Part shown: positions 18,590 through 28,133 of the stretch, in pieces
Layout of the letters: every line of letters begins with the position of its first letter
How positions within the stretch are numbered: the first letter of the stretch is position 1
DNA from: Polyangiales bacterium
GTDB lineage: Bacteria > Myxococcota_A > Polyangia > Polyangiales > Polyangiaceae
DNA length: 64,000 nt
Assembly: GCA_038230375.1 (NCBI GenBank)
Contig: JBBRNJ010000028.1
Coordinates: 30,843-94,842 of the forward strand
Direction of reading: 5' to 3'
Notes under the pieces: model-generated
The model's input: the letters and a program-made list of their open reading frames with translations, nothing else
The model's database searches: none
Told to the model about the DNA's origin: nothing
Program-made: the position numbers and the translations under genes

Positions 18590-19579
18590 TCAGAACGTGG
18601 TGAAGAAGGCTGCGCCCGCGCCGTCACGACTTACCGTCGGAACGACGCGTGGCATCGCGCTCGCCTTCGTGCTCGATGGTGGGGGGGCGCTGGGCGCGGT
18701 GATGAGGAAGTACGTGCCGAGCGCAACGCCGACCGCCGCCAGAACGAAGCCGCCATCGGAGACATACGAAAACGCGTCCGCGGTGTTGAGCAGCGCCTTG
18801 CCTTCCTTGGTGCATTGCTTGAGCTGCGCGTTGCACAACGGCTCGGAGTCCGCCTTCTTGCCCAGGACCATGATGCCAAAGACGGCCCCCGTCGCCAGGC
18901 CCACCGCTCCGACACCGAACGAAACATAGGCGGCCGTGTGGCTCACCGGCTCGGTAGGTGGCTGCGGTCGCGTGTCCGTCCCACCCTCGATCGGCGTGGC
19001 GGGTGTCGCTACCGGGAGATCCTCGAGCGTGGGGCAGGTCACCCGCTGCGCTGCGGCCCTGCGCTCCTGCACGAGCACCTCGATCGAGCTCGACTTCTTG
19101 CCGCTCTTCTCGAAGCGGAACGTGCGCCGTCCCGGCTCCGCGGTGAAGGGCTGACCGTTCGCGGCGGCGGGCACCAGCCGCTCCTCGACCATCAGCTGGT
19201 CGATCCTGTCGGAACCGCAGTCGAGCGTGAGCCGCGGCAGGTTCTTCTCGAGCTCCGTGAGATGCTGTCTCGCGAACTCCGCGCGGTCCCTCTTACCAAC
19301 GCTGTCCGCACGAACCTCGGCGTCGCGATAGGCGAGCCACGACAGCCACGTGCTCCCCAGCTTCTCGCGGCAGAACGCCAGGTTGAGAACGGTGCCCAGC
19401 TGTGCGTCGAGCTTCTGGCTGTCCTCGAACTTCGGGCAGGCGTCTGCGAACTTCTGCGCCTTCATCAGATCCTGCCCCTCCTTGAAGAGGCGGGCTGCGT
19501 CGGACTTTCCGTCGGCCAGGGCCGGCGACGTAAAGAGCGAGCAGGCAGCAGCGGCGATCAGCGTGGTTCGGAGTCGCAT
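18590..19579 (-). CDS. Secreted TPR + PEGA-like protein with C-terminal hydrophobic segments
   Basis: Signal peptide, AARLFKEG..ACPKFEDSQKLD..LNLAFC motif typical of myxobacterial TPR/PEGA proteins. Confidence 0.75.
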   Translation of the reverse strand: MRLRTTLIAAAACSLFTSPALADGKSDAARLFKEGQDLMKAQKFADACPKFEDSQKLDAQLGTVLNLAFCREKLGSTWLSWLAYRDAEVRADSVGKRDRAEFARQHLTELEKNLPRLTLDCGSDRIDQLMVEERLVPAAANGQPFTAEPGRRTFRFEKSGKKSSSIEVLVQERRAAAQRVTCPTLEDLPVATPATPIEGGTDTRPQPPTEPVSHTAAYVSFGVGAVGLATGAVFGIMVLGKKADSEPLCNAQLKQCTKEGKALLNTADAFSYVSDGGFVLAAVGVALGTYFLITAPSAPPPSSTKASAMPRVVPTVSRDGAGAAFFTTF

Positions 19580-19614
19580 GCGCGGGAGCGATCAGGAGCC
19601 TTCGGGATACAGCG

Positions 19615-21189
19615 TCACTTCTGTTCGATGAGGACGTCCGGCAAGCTACCACCGTTGCCACCGTTCGCGCCAGGCGAGCCACCGCGCGGCGGCGCTCCAC
19701 CTTGCCCGGGCGGATTTGTCTTGGGCGGCGCGGCCCTCACCTTGCGGATGGGCGCGGGTTGAGGCGCAGGCTGTGCGCGAGCAGCGACAGCAACGTTAGG
19801 CACACCACGAGGCCCCGCGTCTCCATCGAGATCGAGCATGCCGGCCGGGGTCTGACCCGTCTGCACGAGTGGCCCCACCGAGCCCGGGGTCTGTCCCGTC
19901 TGCACCAGCGGCCCCACTACTGAGTTGGGCGAGTTGGGCGAGTTGGGTGAGTTGGGCCCTTGCTCCATGCCAGTCGGTGCGAGCGGGCCAAGTGGTACCG
20001 CCAGCATCGGTACAGCTCCCGTGGGCGCGGTCATCGTGTCGTCAGCGGCGACCTGGGCGTCGTGGTGTTTCTTGTTGATGACGACGACGAGCGCGATGGC
20101 GATGGCCACGCCGATACCGCCGGCGATCCAGAACGGTGTCTTGCTGCCCTCGTTCGCCACGGCGAACTTGCGCTTGCCGACGACGGTGCTCGCGGTGGGC
20201 TGGACGTCGGACTCGCGAACGCTCACCAACGCCCCTGGCTTCGAGCGCGTCGCATTGCTGTCCTCGGGCAGAGGCCGCGTCAGTGTCCGGCGCACCTCCT
20301 CGGCTGCATGCGTCCACGTTCCAGAGCCGAAGGCCACGAGCGCAGTCGCGAGCTCGTGGACGCTCTGGTAGCGCTCGTCGCGGTTCTTCGTGAGGCACTT
20401 CTTGATCGCGTCCTCGAGCCCGGCAGGCACCTCCGGAGCGATGTCGCGCAGGCGTGGCGGCTCCTGCTCCAGGATCATCGCGAACGTCTCCTGCACCTCT
20501 TGCCCGCGGAACGGAAGCCGCGCCGTCAGCAGCTCGTACATCACGATGCCCATCGCCCAGATGTCAGCGCGCATGTCGACGGTCTTCGGGCTTCGCACCT
20601 GCTCGGGCGACATGTACGGGGGCGAGCCGAGCATGGCCTTCGCGCCTGTCAGCCGCTGCTCGTCTTCCGACGCGACGATCGATTTGGACACGCCGAAATC
20701 GAGGACCTTGATGATCTCGGTGCCATCCGGACGGCGCGAGAGAAACAGGTTCGATGGCTTCAGATCGCGGTGGACGATGCCACGTGCGTGGGCGCCCGCG
20801 AGCCCCATCAACGCCTGCAGCATGTAGTCGACGACCAGCCACCGCGGCAGCGGCCCCTGCGAGCTCAACACCTGATAGAGATCGACGCCTTCGAGGAGCT
20901 CCATCACGATGAACGGCAGCCCGTCGGGGCCGCGGTCGATGTCGAGCACGCGGGACACGTGCTCGCCCGGAATGCGCGCGGCGCTCTTCGCTTCCATGAT
21001 GAGGCGCGACACGGCCTCTTCGTCGTCGTTGTACAGAAGCTTCACTGCGACCGGTTGGTCGAGCACGATGTGGTGCGCCGCGACGACCATGCCCATGCCG
21101 CCCTCGCCAAGAAGCCGCTCGACGCGGTACTTCCCGCCGATGACGTCACCAGCTTTCAGGTTGCCGGGCGCTGCGCGTTTTCGCGACAT
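19615..21189 (-). CDS. Membrane Ser/Thr protein kinase
   Basis: LGEGGMG, VAVKLL, HRDLKPSN, VLDFG, GSPPYMSPEQ; one TM helix and a Pro-rich C-terminus with short repeats (PNS x4, VGPLVQTGQTP x2). Confidence 0.95.
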   Translation of the reverse strand: MSRKRAAPGNLKAGDVIGGKYRVERLLGEGGMGMVVAAHHIVLDQPVAVKLLYNDDEEAVSRLIMEAKSAARIPGEHVSRVLDIDRGPDGLPFIVMELLEGVDLYQVLSSQGPLPRWLVVDYMLQALMGLAGAHARGIVHRDLKPSNLFLSRRPDGTEIIKVLDFGVSKSIVASEDEQRLTGAKAMLGSPPYMSPEQVRSPKTVDMRADIWAMGIVMYELLTARLPFRGQEVQETFAMILEQEPPRLRDIAPEVPAGLEDAIKKCLTKNRDERYQSVHELATALVAFGSGTWTHAAEEVRRTLTRPLPEDSNATRSKPGALVSVRESDVQPTASTVVGKRKFAVANEGSKTPFWIAGGIGVAIAIALVVVINKKHHDAQVAADDTMTAPTGAVPMLAVPLGPLAPTGMEQGPNSPNSPNSPNSVVGPLVQTGQTPGSVGPLVQTGQTPAGMLDLDGDAGPRGVPNVAVAARAQPAPQPAPIRKVRAAPPKTNPPGQGGAPPRGGSPGANGGNGGSLPDVLIEQK

Positions 21190-21428
21190 CGTTCAGTGTT
21201 GGAGAGTATCGCTAGTCATCGGCGCGAACTAGGATTGCGGACGGCGCCGGGCGATCTTCCACGTCACCGGCCCGTCCTGGAGGCCCGGGTCATGAAAGGT
21301 GGGCATGTCGCTTCATCGTCGGAGCCCCCTTCAACTGTCGGTTCGGTGACAGGCATGTCGGAGCGTCGTCGCGGGCGTGCGGAATGGTTTCGCGCACGAT
21401 TCGAGGGCAAATGAGCAGCTCTTGCGGC

Positions 21429-21444
21429 CGGCACGAGGCTCGCA
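21429..21444 (+). promoter_or_regulatory. Possible sigma54 (-24/-12) promoter for the ECF sigma gene
   Basis: CGGCAC-GAGGC-TCGCA with exact GG-N10-GC spacing (GG 21430-31, GC 21442-43). Confidence 0.4.
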
Positions 21445-21456
21445 GTGGCTCGCCGC

Positions 21457-22155
21457 ATGGCATACGTCATCGACCGAGACCTGGTGAACCGCGCGACCTC
21501 GGGGGACAAGGCTGCTCAGGGGCTGCTCGTCAGCATGGTGCGCCCGCATGTCGAACGCCAGCTGCTCCGCTACCCCGTCACGGACGAGGACCGGCGCGAC
21601 CTCCTTCAGACCACGCTCATGACCGTGGTCCGCAGGCTGGACACGTTCCGCGCAGAGTCGAGCTTCTCGACGTGGCTCTTTCGTGTGACCGCCAACGAGG
21701 CCCTCATGCTCATGAGGTCGCAGCGTCGTCAGCGGCGCCGCGTGACCGACACGCTCGACTGGGACGAGATCACTGCGTTGCCTGCGCTCGATGACGCGGT
21801 GCCGGATGGCGAGACCGCCGCGGCGAACCAGGAGCGCGACGGGCGCGTGCGTGATGCGCTGGCATCCCTGCCGGGCGAATACCGCGACGTGGTGTCGCTG
21901 CACTACCACATGGAGCTTGGCCTCCAGGAGATCGCCGACAAGCTCGAGCTGACGGAGAGCGCCGTGCGTTCGCGCCTGCATCGCGCGCGCACCCGCCTCC
22001 GCATGCTCCTTGCGAACACGCCGGTCGGCCGCGAGGCCATTGCCGAGGCGAGCCTGTCGCAGCACCTCGACCCGATGCTCGCCGAGCCCGCGCCGCAGTC
22101 GCACCGGGCGCCGTCCAGCGGCCAGGTCTCCCGTCCCGCGCTGCGCGCAGCGTGA
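21457..22155 (+). CDS. ECF-family RNA polymerase sigma factor
   Basis: Region 2 (DLLQTT..FRAESSFSTWLFRVTANEALM) and region 4 (LASLP..EIADKLELTESAVRSRLHRAR); alternative start 21445. Confidence 0.92.
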   Translation: MAYVIDRDLVNRATSGDKAAQGLLVSMVRPHVERQLLRYPVTDEDRRDLLQTTLMTVVRRLDTFRAESSFSTWLFRVTANEALMLMRSQRRQRRRVTDTLDWDEITALPALDDAVPDGETAAANQERDGRVRDALASLPGEYRDVVSLHYHMELGLQEIADKLELTESAVRSRLHRARTRLRMLLANTPVGREAIAEASLSQHLDPMLAEPAPQSHRAPSSGQVSRPALRAA

Positions 22156-22196
22156 TCTTCGCTCCCGAGGGTTGATGGCGGGTCTATCGTAGCTGC

Positions 22197-22853
22197 GTGG
22201 ACCTGCCTCTGCTCTTCGTGTTCGACCTCGACGGGACGCTCGTCGACTCCAGCACAGACATTGCGCGCGCCTGCAACCACGCGCTCGCGGCGTTCGGCCG
22301 CGCGCCGCTCACGCACCACGCGATTGCGCCGCTCGTCGGCGACGGTGCCCGCGTGCTGATCGCGCGCGCGTTCGCGATGGATCCGCGCTCGGCTGACGTG
22401 GATGCGCCGCTCGCGGCATACAATTCCTTCTACGAGCTGCACCCCGCGGATGCGACGTCGCTCGTGCCGGGCATGCCCGAGGTGTTGGCCGCGCTTGCAC
22501 CGCGAGCGAAGCTGGGCGTGTGCACGAACAAGCCGCGCGCCATCACCGTGGGCGTGCTCGGACGGCTCGGGATCGCATCGACGTTCGCGGTGGTCTATGC
22601 CGGCGGCGATGGACCGCTGAAGCCCGACCCCGCGGGAATGCGTGCATGTTGCAATGAACTCGATGTCTCGCCGGAGCGCGCTGCGCTCGTCGGTGACTCG
22701 CCGCAGGACGTGCTGGCTGGCCGCGCGGCAGGTGCCCTGACCATCGGACTCGCGACGGAGATCTTCGGCCCGGCGGAAAAGCTGCGCGCAGCAAAGCCCG
22801 ACCTGCTCTTCGCCGACGCAGCGGCACTGCTCGCGCACTTCACGAGCGCGTGA
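22197..22853 (+). CDS. HAD-family hydrolase, phosphoglycolate phosphatase-like
   Basis: FDLDGTLVDS, CTNKP, KPDP, VGDSPQD. Confidence 0.88.
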   Translation: MDLPLLFVFDLDGTLVDSSTDIARACNHALAAFGRAPLTHHAIAPLVGDGARVLIARAFAMDPRSADVDAPLAAYNSFYELHPADATSLVPGMPEVLAALAPRAKLGVCTNKPRAITVGVLGRLGIASTFAVVYAGGDGPLKPDPAGMRACCNELDVSPERAALVGDSPQDVLAGRAAGALTIGLATEIFGPAEKLRAAKPDLLFADAAALLAHFTSA

Positions 22854-22856
22854 GCG

Positions 22857-25100
22857 TCACGGGGTATCGGGCTTGACGTCGATCTCGGTGAGGTGGGAGC
22901 GGAGCTCCATCATCCTGTCGGACAGCTCCTTCACGCGCTCCTTGTCGCCAGAGAGATCGTTCTTCTCTTCGGGGTCCGCTGCCAGATCGAAGAGCTGGTA
23001 CTGCGGCCCGCCCAGGTGAATGAGCTTCATGCCCGGGCTCTTTCCAGTGATGAGCGCACGACGATGCAGGTTCCAGGGCCCCGCGGGCATGTCCATGTAC
23101 ACGTCGCGCTCGCTGGGCGTCGCGTCCTTCGCCAGGCGTACATCGGTGAGCAAGCTCACGCCGTCCAGCTCTCCACCGACGGGCTTCTTCACGGCCTCGA
23201 GATCCATGATCGTGGGCGCGAGGTCGATGTGACTCCGCTGCTGCGCGATGCGGCGCGGCGGCGCGTCCGGCACGTACACGAGCAGCGGCACGTGCACGAG
23301 CATCTCCCACAGCTCCGCGCCGTGCCAGCTCATGTTGTGCTCGCCCAGCGCCTCACCATGGTCCGCCGTGACGATGATGGCCGTGTCCTTCGCAAAGGGT
23401 GCACTCTGCACATAATCGACGACGCGGCCCACCTGCTGGTCCGTGAACCACACCTCGCCGTCGTACGCGCCGCGCGAGTAGTCCGCGGGGCCGGGCTTCT
23501 CGGGAAGGAACGTGGGCGCGCCCTGATGAGGCACGTACTGCGCATGCGGATCGAAGTAGTGGATCCACATGAAGAAGGGCTTTCCGGAGTGCCCTTCGTC
23601 CTTCAGCATGCGGATGGCCGCATCGCTCACGCGGTCTCCGCCAATGGAGTTGTCGTTGTCCGTCATGCCCGGCGGAATGGGCGACAGATCGAACAGGTCC
23701 ATCCCCTGCGTGACGCCACTCCACGGCTTCCAGTACCAGTGACCAGAGCATCCGAAGGTGTGGATCCCGGCGTCCTGCAGGCGCTTGGTCACGAAGACAT
23801 TGTTCTTGTCGTAGGCGTTGAAGTGGCTGCCGTCTCGTGAGGTCTCGCTCGGGTACTTGCCGATGAGCATGGGCCCGATGCTCTTCCCCGTGTACGAGGC
23901 CATGGCGTACGCGTGCTCGAACACCGTGGACTTCTCCGCAAGGCGATCCAGGTTCGGTGTCACCGGCTTGGGGTAGCCAAGGAACCCGACGTCGGCGCGG
24001 AGCGTGTCGATCGTGATGAGGAGCACGTTGTAGTGCTTCGCCGGGAGCTCGGGCTCGATGACCTTCGGGATGACCTTGATCGCGAGCGGCGTGTCCGCGC
24101 CCGAGCAGTCCTCGTCAAGGTCGTTGCCCGGCTTGTCGAAGAAGTCCGGCGAGCGGCGCGGATCCCGGTCGTCGCAGTCGAGCCCGCCGAAGAGCGCGCT
24201 GCGTCCGTCCTTGTCGCGGTCGGTGAGCTTGCGAAGAATGCGGAGGCCCATGCGGCCGGCGGGCGCGCGGCGCTCGATCTCGCGCGTCACCTTCTCGTGG
24301 GCGTTGAGCGCATGCGCGGCGCGAACGGCGAGCAACGGCGGTCCGAGGCACGCAACAGCGAGCCCAAGGAGGAGCACCACGCGCCTCCGCCGCACGCGCC
24401 CGTCCAGCACCAGGCCAAGGTACGCGAACGAGAAGACCGCGAGCACGTGCGTGAGGGGCGACAGGTCGAGCTCCTTGCGCGCGAGCACACCCAGGATCGC
24501 GAGCGGCGTGGGGCCCGTACCGCTTGCGTCTCCCAGTCCCACACCCAGCGCGAAGAGCAGCGCTGCCACGAACAACCCGAGCGAGAGCGTGAAGACCGGA
24601 TCGATGAGCAGCGGTGCCTTGCCGCCCGCATACGCAAGGAGCTTGCGGAGCGGCGAGCTGAGCGCGAGCGCGAGCACACCAGCCCCAGCGAAGACCCCGA
24701 GCACCGACAGCGCGAGCGCAGCGCCCGCCGCCCGCGGAGCGCCGTCGGACAGGAGGTCACGCGCGATATGCGCTGACACGACGAGCGCCCACAACCCGCA
24801 CAGGCAAAGGAGCGGAAGCAGCGCAGCGAGCCGCGACCGGAGCAGCACCGGCAGCGCACGCAGGTCCGCCGCATATTCCGTGGGCGCCTTCGTGCGCGCG
24901 GGCTCGAAGAACATGGCAAGCGCGAAGGCGACGAGCGCGGCGAGCACCGCGATCGGCGCGCACACGCCGATCAGGTCCATGAGGAGCTCACGGGGCGCGT
25001 CGGTGTCGGCGTAGAGCGCCCGGCCCTCGACCAGGGCCACCAGCGTCGCGCCAGCGCTCGCGCCCGTCAGCGCGAATACGAAGCGTAGAGGCCCTCTCAT
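22857..25100 (-). CDS. Multi-TM sulfatase/alkaline-phosphatase-superfamily protein with Asp/Cys-rich motif
   Basis: N-terminal TM helices, DCDDRDP..PGNDLDEDCSG motif, NVLLITIDTLRAD, TPNLD, HYFDPH, YDGEV, TADHGE. Confidence 0.88.
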   Translation of the reverse strand: MRGPLRFVFALTGASAGATLVALVEGRALYADTDAPRELLMDLIGVCAPIAVLAALVAFALAMFFEPARTKAPTEYAADLRALPVLLRSRLAALLPLLCLCGLWALVVSAHIARDLLSDGAPRAAGAALALSVLGVFAGAGVLALALSSPLRKLLAYAGGKAPLLIDPVFTLSLGLFVAALLFALGVGLGDASGTGPTPLAILGVLARKELDLSPLTHVLAVFSFAYLGLVLDGRVRRRRVVLLLGLAVACLGPPLLAVRAAHALNAHEKVTREIERRAPAGRMGLRILRKLTDRDKDGRSALFGGLDCDDRDPRRSPDFFDKPGNDLDEDCSGADTPLAIKVIPKVIEPELPAKHYNVLLITIDTLRADVGFLGYPKPVTPNLDRLAEKSTVFEHAYAMASYTGKSIGPMLIGKYPSETSRDGSHFNAYDKNNVFVTKRLQDAGIHTFGCSGHWYWKPWSGVTQGMDLFDLSPIPPGMTDNDNSIGGDRVSDAAIRMLKDEGHSGKPFFMWIHYFDPHAQYVPHQGAPTFLPEKPGPADYSRGAYDGEVWFTDQQVGRVVDYVQSAPFAKDTAIIVTADHGEALGEHNMSWHGAELWEMLVHVPLLVYVPDAPPRRIAQQRSHIDLAPTIMDLEAVKKPVGGELDGVSLLTDVRLAKDATPSERDVYMDMPAGPWNLHRRALITGKSPGMKLIHLGGPQYQLFDLAADPEEKNDLSGDKERVKELSDRMMELRSHLTEIDVKPDTP

Positions 25101-25152
25101 GTCTTCGCGGATCCTCTACCACGACCCGAGCGGCGCTCGAGCAGAGCGAGTG

Positions 25153-26085
25153 CTACGCGCCGTCTTTTCCGCGCTTCGGGGGGTGACCTGCAAGCGGATG
25201 GGCTTTGTCGTAGACGGCGAAGAGGTGCTCCATCGATACGTGGGTGTAGCGCTCCGTGGTGGAGAGCGACGAGTGCCCGAGCATCTCCTGGATGGAGCGA
25301 AGATCCGCGCCGCCGTCGAGCATGTGCGTGGCGCACGTGTGCCGGAGCGCGTGCGGATGCAGGTCGGAGCGCCCAGCGCCCAGCGCTCCATACTTCGACA
25401 CGAGCAGCTCCACGCCGCGGACGTTCATGCGATTTCCACGCGTGGAGAGGAACATCGCGCGCTCCGAGCCCTTGGGTGGCGGCGTGCGTTCGAGAGCGGG
25501 CCGCGCGCCCAGGTATTCGCCGACGGCGGCGAGCGCGGCGCGACCCAGCGGCACTACGCGCTCCTTGTTGCCCTTGCCGATCACGCGCACCTCCATGCGA
25601 TGCTGGTCGAGCGAGTCCATGTCCAGCCCACACAGCTCGCTCACGCGGAGCCCGCCTCCGTAGAGGACCTCGAGGATGGCGCGGTCGCGGAGGCCGGCCG
25701 GATCGTCAGCGGAAGGCGCTTGCACGACCTCCTTCGCGGCGTCCGCCGAGAGGAACAGCGGGAGCCGCTTCGGGACCTTCGGGGACGCAAGGCTCTCCGC
25801 CGGATTCTTCGCGAGGAAGCCCTTGCGCCTGCAGAAGCGGAAGAACGTGCGCACCACTGCTATCTGCCTCCCCATCGACGACGCCGCGAGTGTCTTGCTG
25901 CGCTCCGCGAGGAACGCACGCAGCCCGAACACGTTCACCGCATCGAGCGTCGTCTGCTTCTTCTCTGCGAGGAAGGCGATCAACAGCGCGAGGTCGTGCT
26001 CGTACGAGACAAGCGTGTTTCTAGGTGAGCGTCGCTCGGTCCGCAGGTACCCGAGGAACGCTTCTTTCGCCGCGGGCAGCTCCAC
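25153..26085 (-). CDS. xerC: Tyrosine recombinase XerC
   Basis: SAM-like N-terminus, RDRAILEVLYGGGLRVSEL, GKGNKERVVP, HPHALRHTCATHML, QEMLGHSSLSTTERYTHV. Confidence 0.88.
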   Translation of the reverse strand: MELPAAKEAFLGYLRTERRSPRNTLVSYEHDLALLIAFLAEKKQTTLDAVNVFGLRAFLAERSKTLAASSMGRQIAVVRTFFRFCRRKGFLAKNPAESLASPKVPKRLPLFLSADAAKEVVQAPSADDPAGLRDRAILEVLYGGGLRVSELCGLDMDSLDQHRMEVRVIGKGNKERVVPLGRAALAAVGEYLGARPALERTPPPKGSERAMFLSTRGNRMNVRGVELLVSKYGALGAGRSDLHPHALRHTCATHMLDGGADLRSIQEMLGHSSLSTTERYTHVSMEHLFAVYDKAHPLAGHPPKRGKDGA

Positions 26086-26128
26086 AGGTTTGAATGTAGG
26101 GTCTCAGGCTGTATCGTCGAAGAAAAGC

Positions 26129-26662
26129 GTGAGCTTTCTTCGACGCAGCTGGGACTTCGCGAAGCGCCTCTACCGAGCGGCGAAGGACGAGCGCGCGTCG
26201 CCCAGGGAGATCGGCTGGGCGGTCGGCATTGGCGTCTTCGTCGGCTGCTCGCCGGCGCTCGGCTTCCACGGACTCGTCGCGCTCGGTGCGGCCACGCTGT
26301 TCAAGAAGAACCGACTGTTTTGCTGGATCGGGTCGCGCGTGTGTAACATGATCACGCTCCCGTTCGTCGTGCTCGCCGAGATCGAGATCGCGCGCTTCCT
26401 TCGAACCGGACAGTGGCTCGCACTCGACCGCGACAAGGTGCTCGAGCAGGCGCCATCCCTGCTCCTCGACTGGTCGCTCGGTCTCGTGCCCGTCGGGGGG
26501 GGGCTCGCGCTCGTGTTCGGGTTCGGCTCGTTTGCGTGGGCGCGGTATCGAGCCGCGCGGTCCACGAGCCGAAAATTGGCCCCCGTCGAGGATGTATCCC
26601 ACAATGTCCTACATGAACGAGAAAGCCGACTCTCAGGAGCGCCGCCGCCGCCGAAGCCATGA
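26129..26662 (+). CDS. DUF2062-like membrane protein
   Basis: SPREIGWAVGIGVFVGCSPALGFH and GSRVCNMITLP; probable GTG start at 26129. Confidence 0.7.
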   Translation: MSFLRRSWDFAKRLYRAAKDERASPREIGWAVGIGVFVGCSPALGFHGLVALGAATLFKKNRLFCWIGSRVCNMITLPFVVLAEIEIARFLRTGQWLALDRDKVLEQAPSLLLDWSLGLVPVGGGLALVFGFGSFAWARYRAARSTSRKLAPVEDVSHNVLHERESRLSGAPPPPKP

Positions 26663-27005
26663 TCCGCTGGTGGCGCTGCACTACCAGCTCTCCCACGCAC
26701 GGACCGAAGGCGACCTCGACGCGATCGTCGTAGCGGACGCGTCTGGACTGGTGGTGGCGGGCGCGGGGTCGTGGGCGGTGTGCGAAGAGCTGGCCGCGTA
26801 TGCGCCGTTCCTCGCATCGAAGGACCAGGGCAACGGCGAGGACTCCGTGTCCTCGCGCATCGCCGCGCTCCGGGGCACCGTCGATGTCGAGACGCTCTCG
26901 CTCGGTTCCCAGGAGGTCCTCATCTGCGCGCGTGGCGGACGCGCCCGCAAGGAAAGCCTCCGTTCGGCGGCGCTTGGCGTCGACCGCATTCTCCGCGTGG
27001 CGTAG
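26604..27005 (+). CDS. Small Roadblock/LC7 (MglB)-like protein
   Basis: Helix followed by AIVVADASGLVVAG and EELAA, a roadblock-type pattern; start uncertain (26592, 26604 or 26613). Confidence 0.5.
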   Translation: MSYMNEKADSQERRRRRSHDPLVALHYQLSHARTEGDLDAIVVADASGLVVAGAGSWAVCEELAAYAPFLASKDQGNGEDSVSSRIAALRGTVDVETLSLGSQEVLICARGGRARKESLRSAALGVDRILRVA

Positions 27006-27014
27006 GCTCGTCTC

Positions 27015-27542
27015 ATGAGCGATGAGTCCGGTGACCCGAAGAAGAGCCGACTCGAGAGCGTGATCCCCGGCATCTTGAAGCGCGGCATGGAGAAGGCTGT
27101 CGAGAAGACGCTCGAGGCGCCCGCCGATCTCAAGAGCTTCATGACGGACCTGAAGCTCCCGAAGGAGATCGCGCACTACCTCTTCTCGCAGGTCGACGAG
27201 ACGAAGAACGGCCTCTTCCGCGTGGTCGCGCACGAGATGCGCGATTTCCTGGAGCACACGAACTTCGCCGGTGAGATGCAGAAGATCCTCACGACCGTGC
27301 AGTTCGAGATCAACACGACCATCCGCTTTCGCCCCAACGACGGCGAGAAGGCCGAGCGCTCCGACAAGGACGGCGACGAGCCATCCGCCGGCGCCAGCGA
27401 AGGTGATGGCGGCAAGCCCGGTCGCCCCGAGGTGAAGACCAACGTCACCGTACGTCGCGAGCGCGCCGAGCGGGAAGAGCGACGGCGGCGCGGCGGGCGC
27501 AGCGGCGGTGATGAACCCGGCAAGCCGGACAAGGCGGACTAG
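27015..27542 (+). CDS. Hypothetical protein
   Basis: 175-aa ORF with normal codon bias, a helical core and a charged disordered C-terminus. Confidence 0.75.
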   Translation: MSDESGDPKKSRLESVIPGILKRGMEKAVEKTLEAPADLKSFMTDLKLPKEIAHYLFSQVDETKNGLFRVVAHEMRDFLEHTNFAGEMQKILTTVQFEINTTIRFRPNDGEKAERSDKDGDEPSAGASEGDGGKPGRPEVKTNVTVRRERAEREERRRRGGRSGGDEPGKPDKAD

Positions 27543-27640
27543 CGCGGACTAGGCGGACCAGGCGGTCCAGCGCGACATCGTTGCGGCTCGTGAGAGAAGC
27601 CCGGAAAGCACCGGTCTTCCTGTGGTAGCTTGGGCGAACG

Positions 27641-28120
27641 ATGGCAAAGGCTCTTCATGCGGGGGGAGAAGTCGATGCGTGGTGCACCAAGTGCAAGCTG
27701 GTGCTCAATCACCGCATCATCGCGATGGTGGCCACGAAGCCCGTCCGGGTCGAGTGCTCCACCTGTAGCTCGCACCACAATTTTCGCGGCCATGCGCCCG
27801 GCGACAAGCCTGCGGCAGGCGGCAGCGCATCCTCCGGGACGCGTCGCGTGACCGGTGGAGCTGGTCCTGCCTCCGCGCGCGGCCCCACGAAGGCGGTGCA
27901 AGCAGCGCTCGATCGCGAGCGCAGCTGGGAGAGGGCCGTGTCGGGCCACACCGTCGGGGAGTTCAAGCCGTACCGCGTGTCCGGAATGTTCACCGAAGGA
28001 GAGCTCATTCGTCATTCGAAGTTCGGTGATGGCATCGTCACCCGCATCATCGACACGAAGAAGATCGAGATCCTCTTCAAGGACGATACGCGCACCCTGG
28101 CCCAGGGCCTCACGGACTGA
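27641..28120 (+). CDS. Zinc-ribbon + Tudor/SH3-like small protein
   Basis: CTKC..H and CSTC..H, plus C-terminal FTEGELIRHSKFGDGIV. Confidence 0.75.
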   Translation: MAKALHAGGEVDAWCTKCKLVLNHRIIAMVATKPVRVECSTCSSHHNFRGHAPGDKPAAGGSASSGTRRVTGGAGPASARGPTKAVQAALDRERSWERAVSGHTVGEFKPYRVSGMFTEGELIRHSKFGDGIVTRIIDTKKIEILFKDDTRTLAQGLTD

Positions 28121-28133
28121 AGGCTCACCTGGC

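Noticed and set aside
22857..25100. Sulfatase-fold protein as the substrate of the FGE-family enzyme at 62129
   Set aside because: It lacks the C/S-x-P-x-R target motif and lies about 37 kb away
25153..26085. Tyrosine recombinase as a prophage or island integrase
   Set aside because: Size and motifs fit chromosomal XerC; no att repeats, tRNA or phage genes nearby, and I could not identify a dif site
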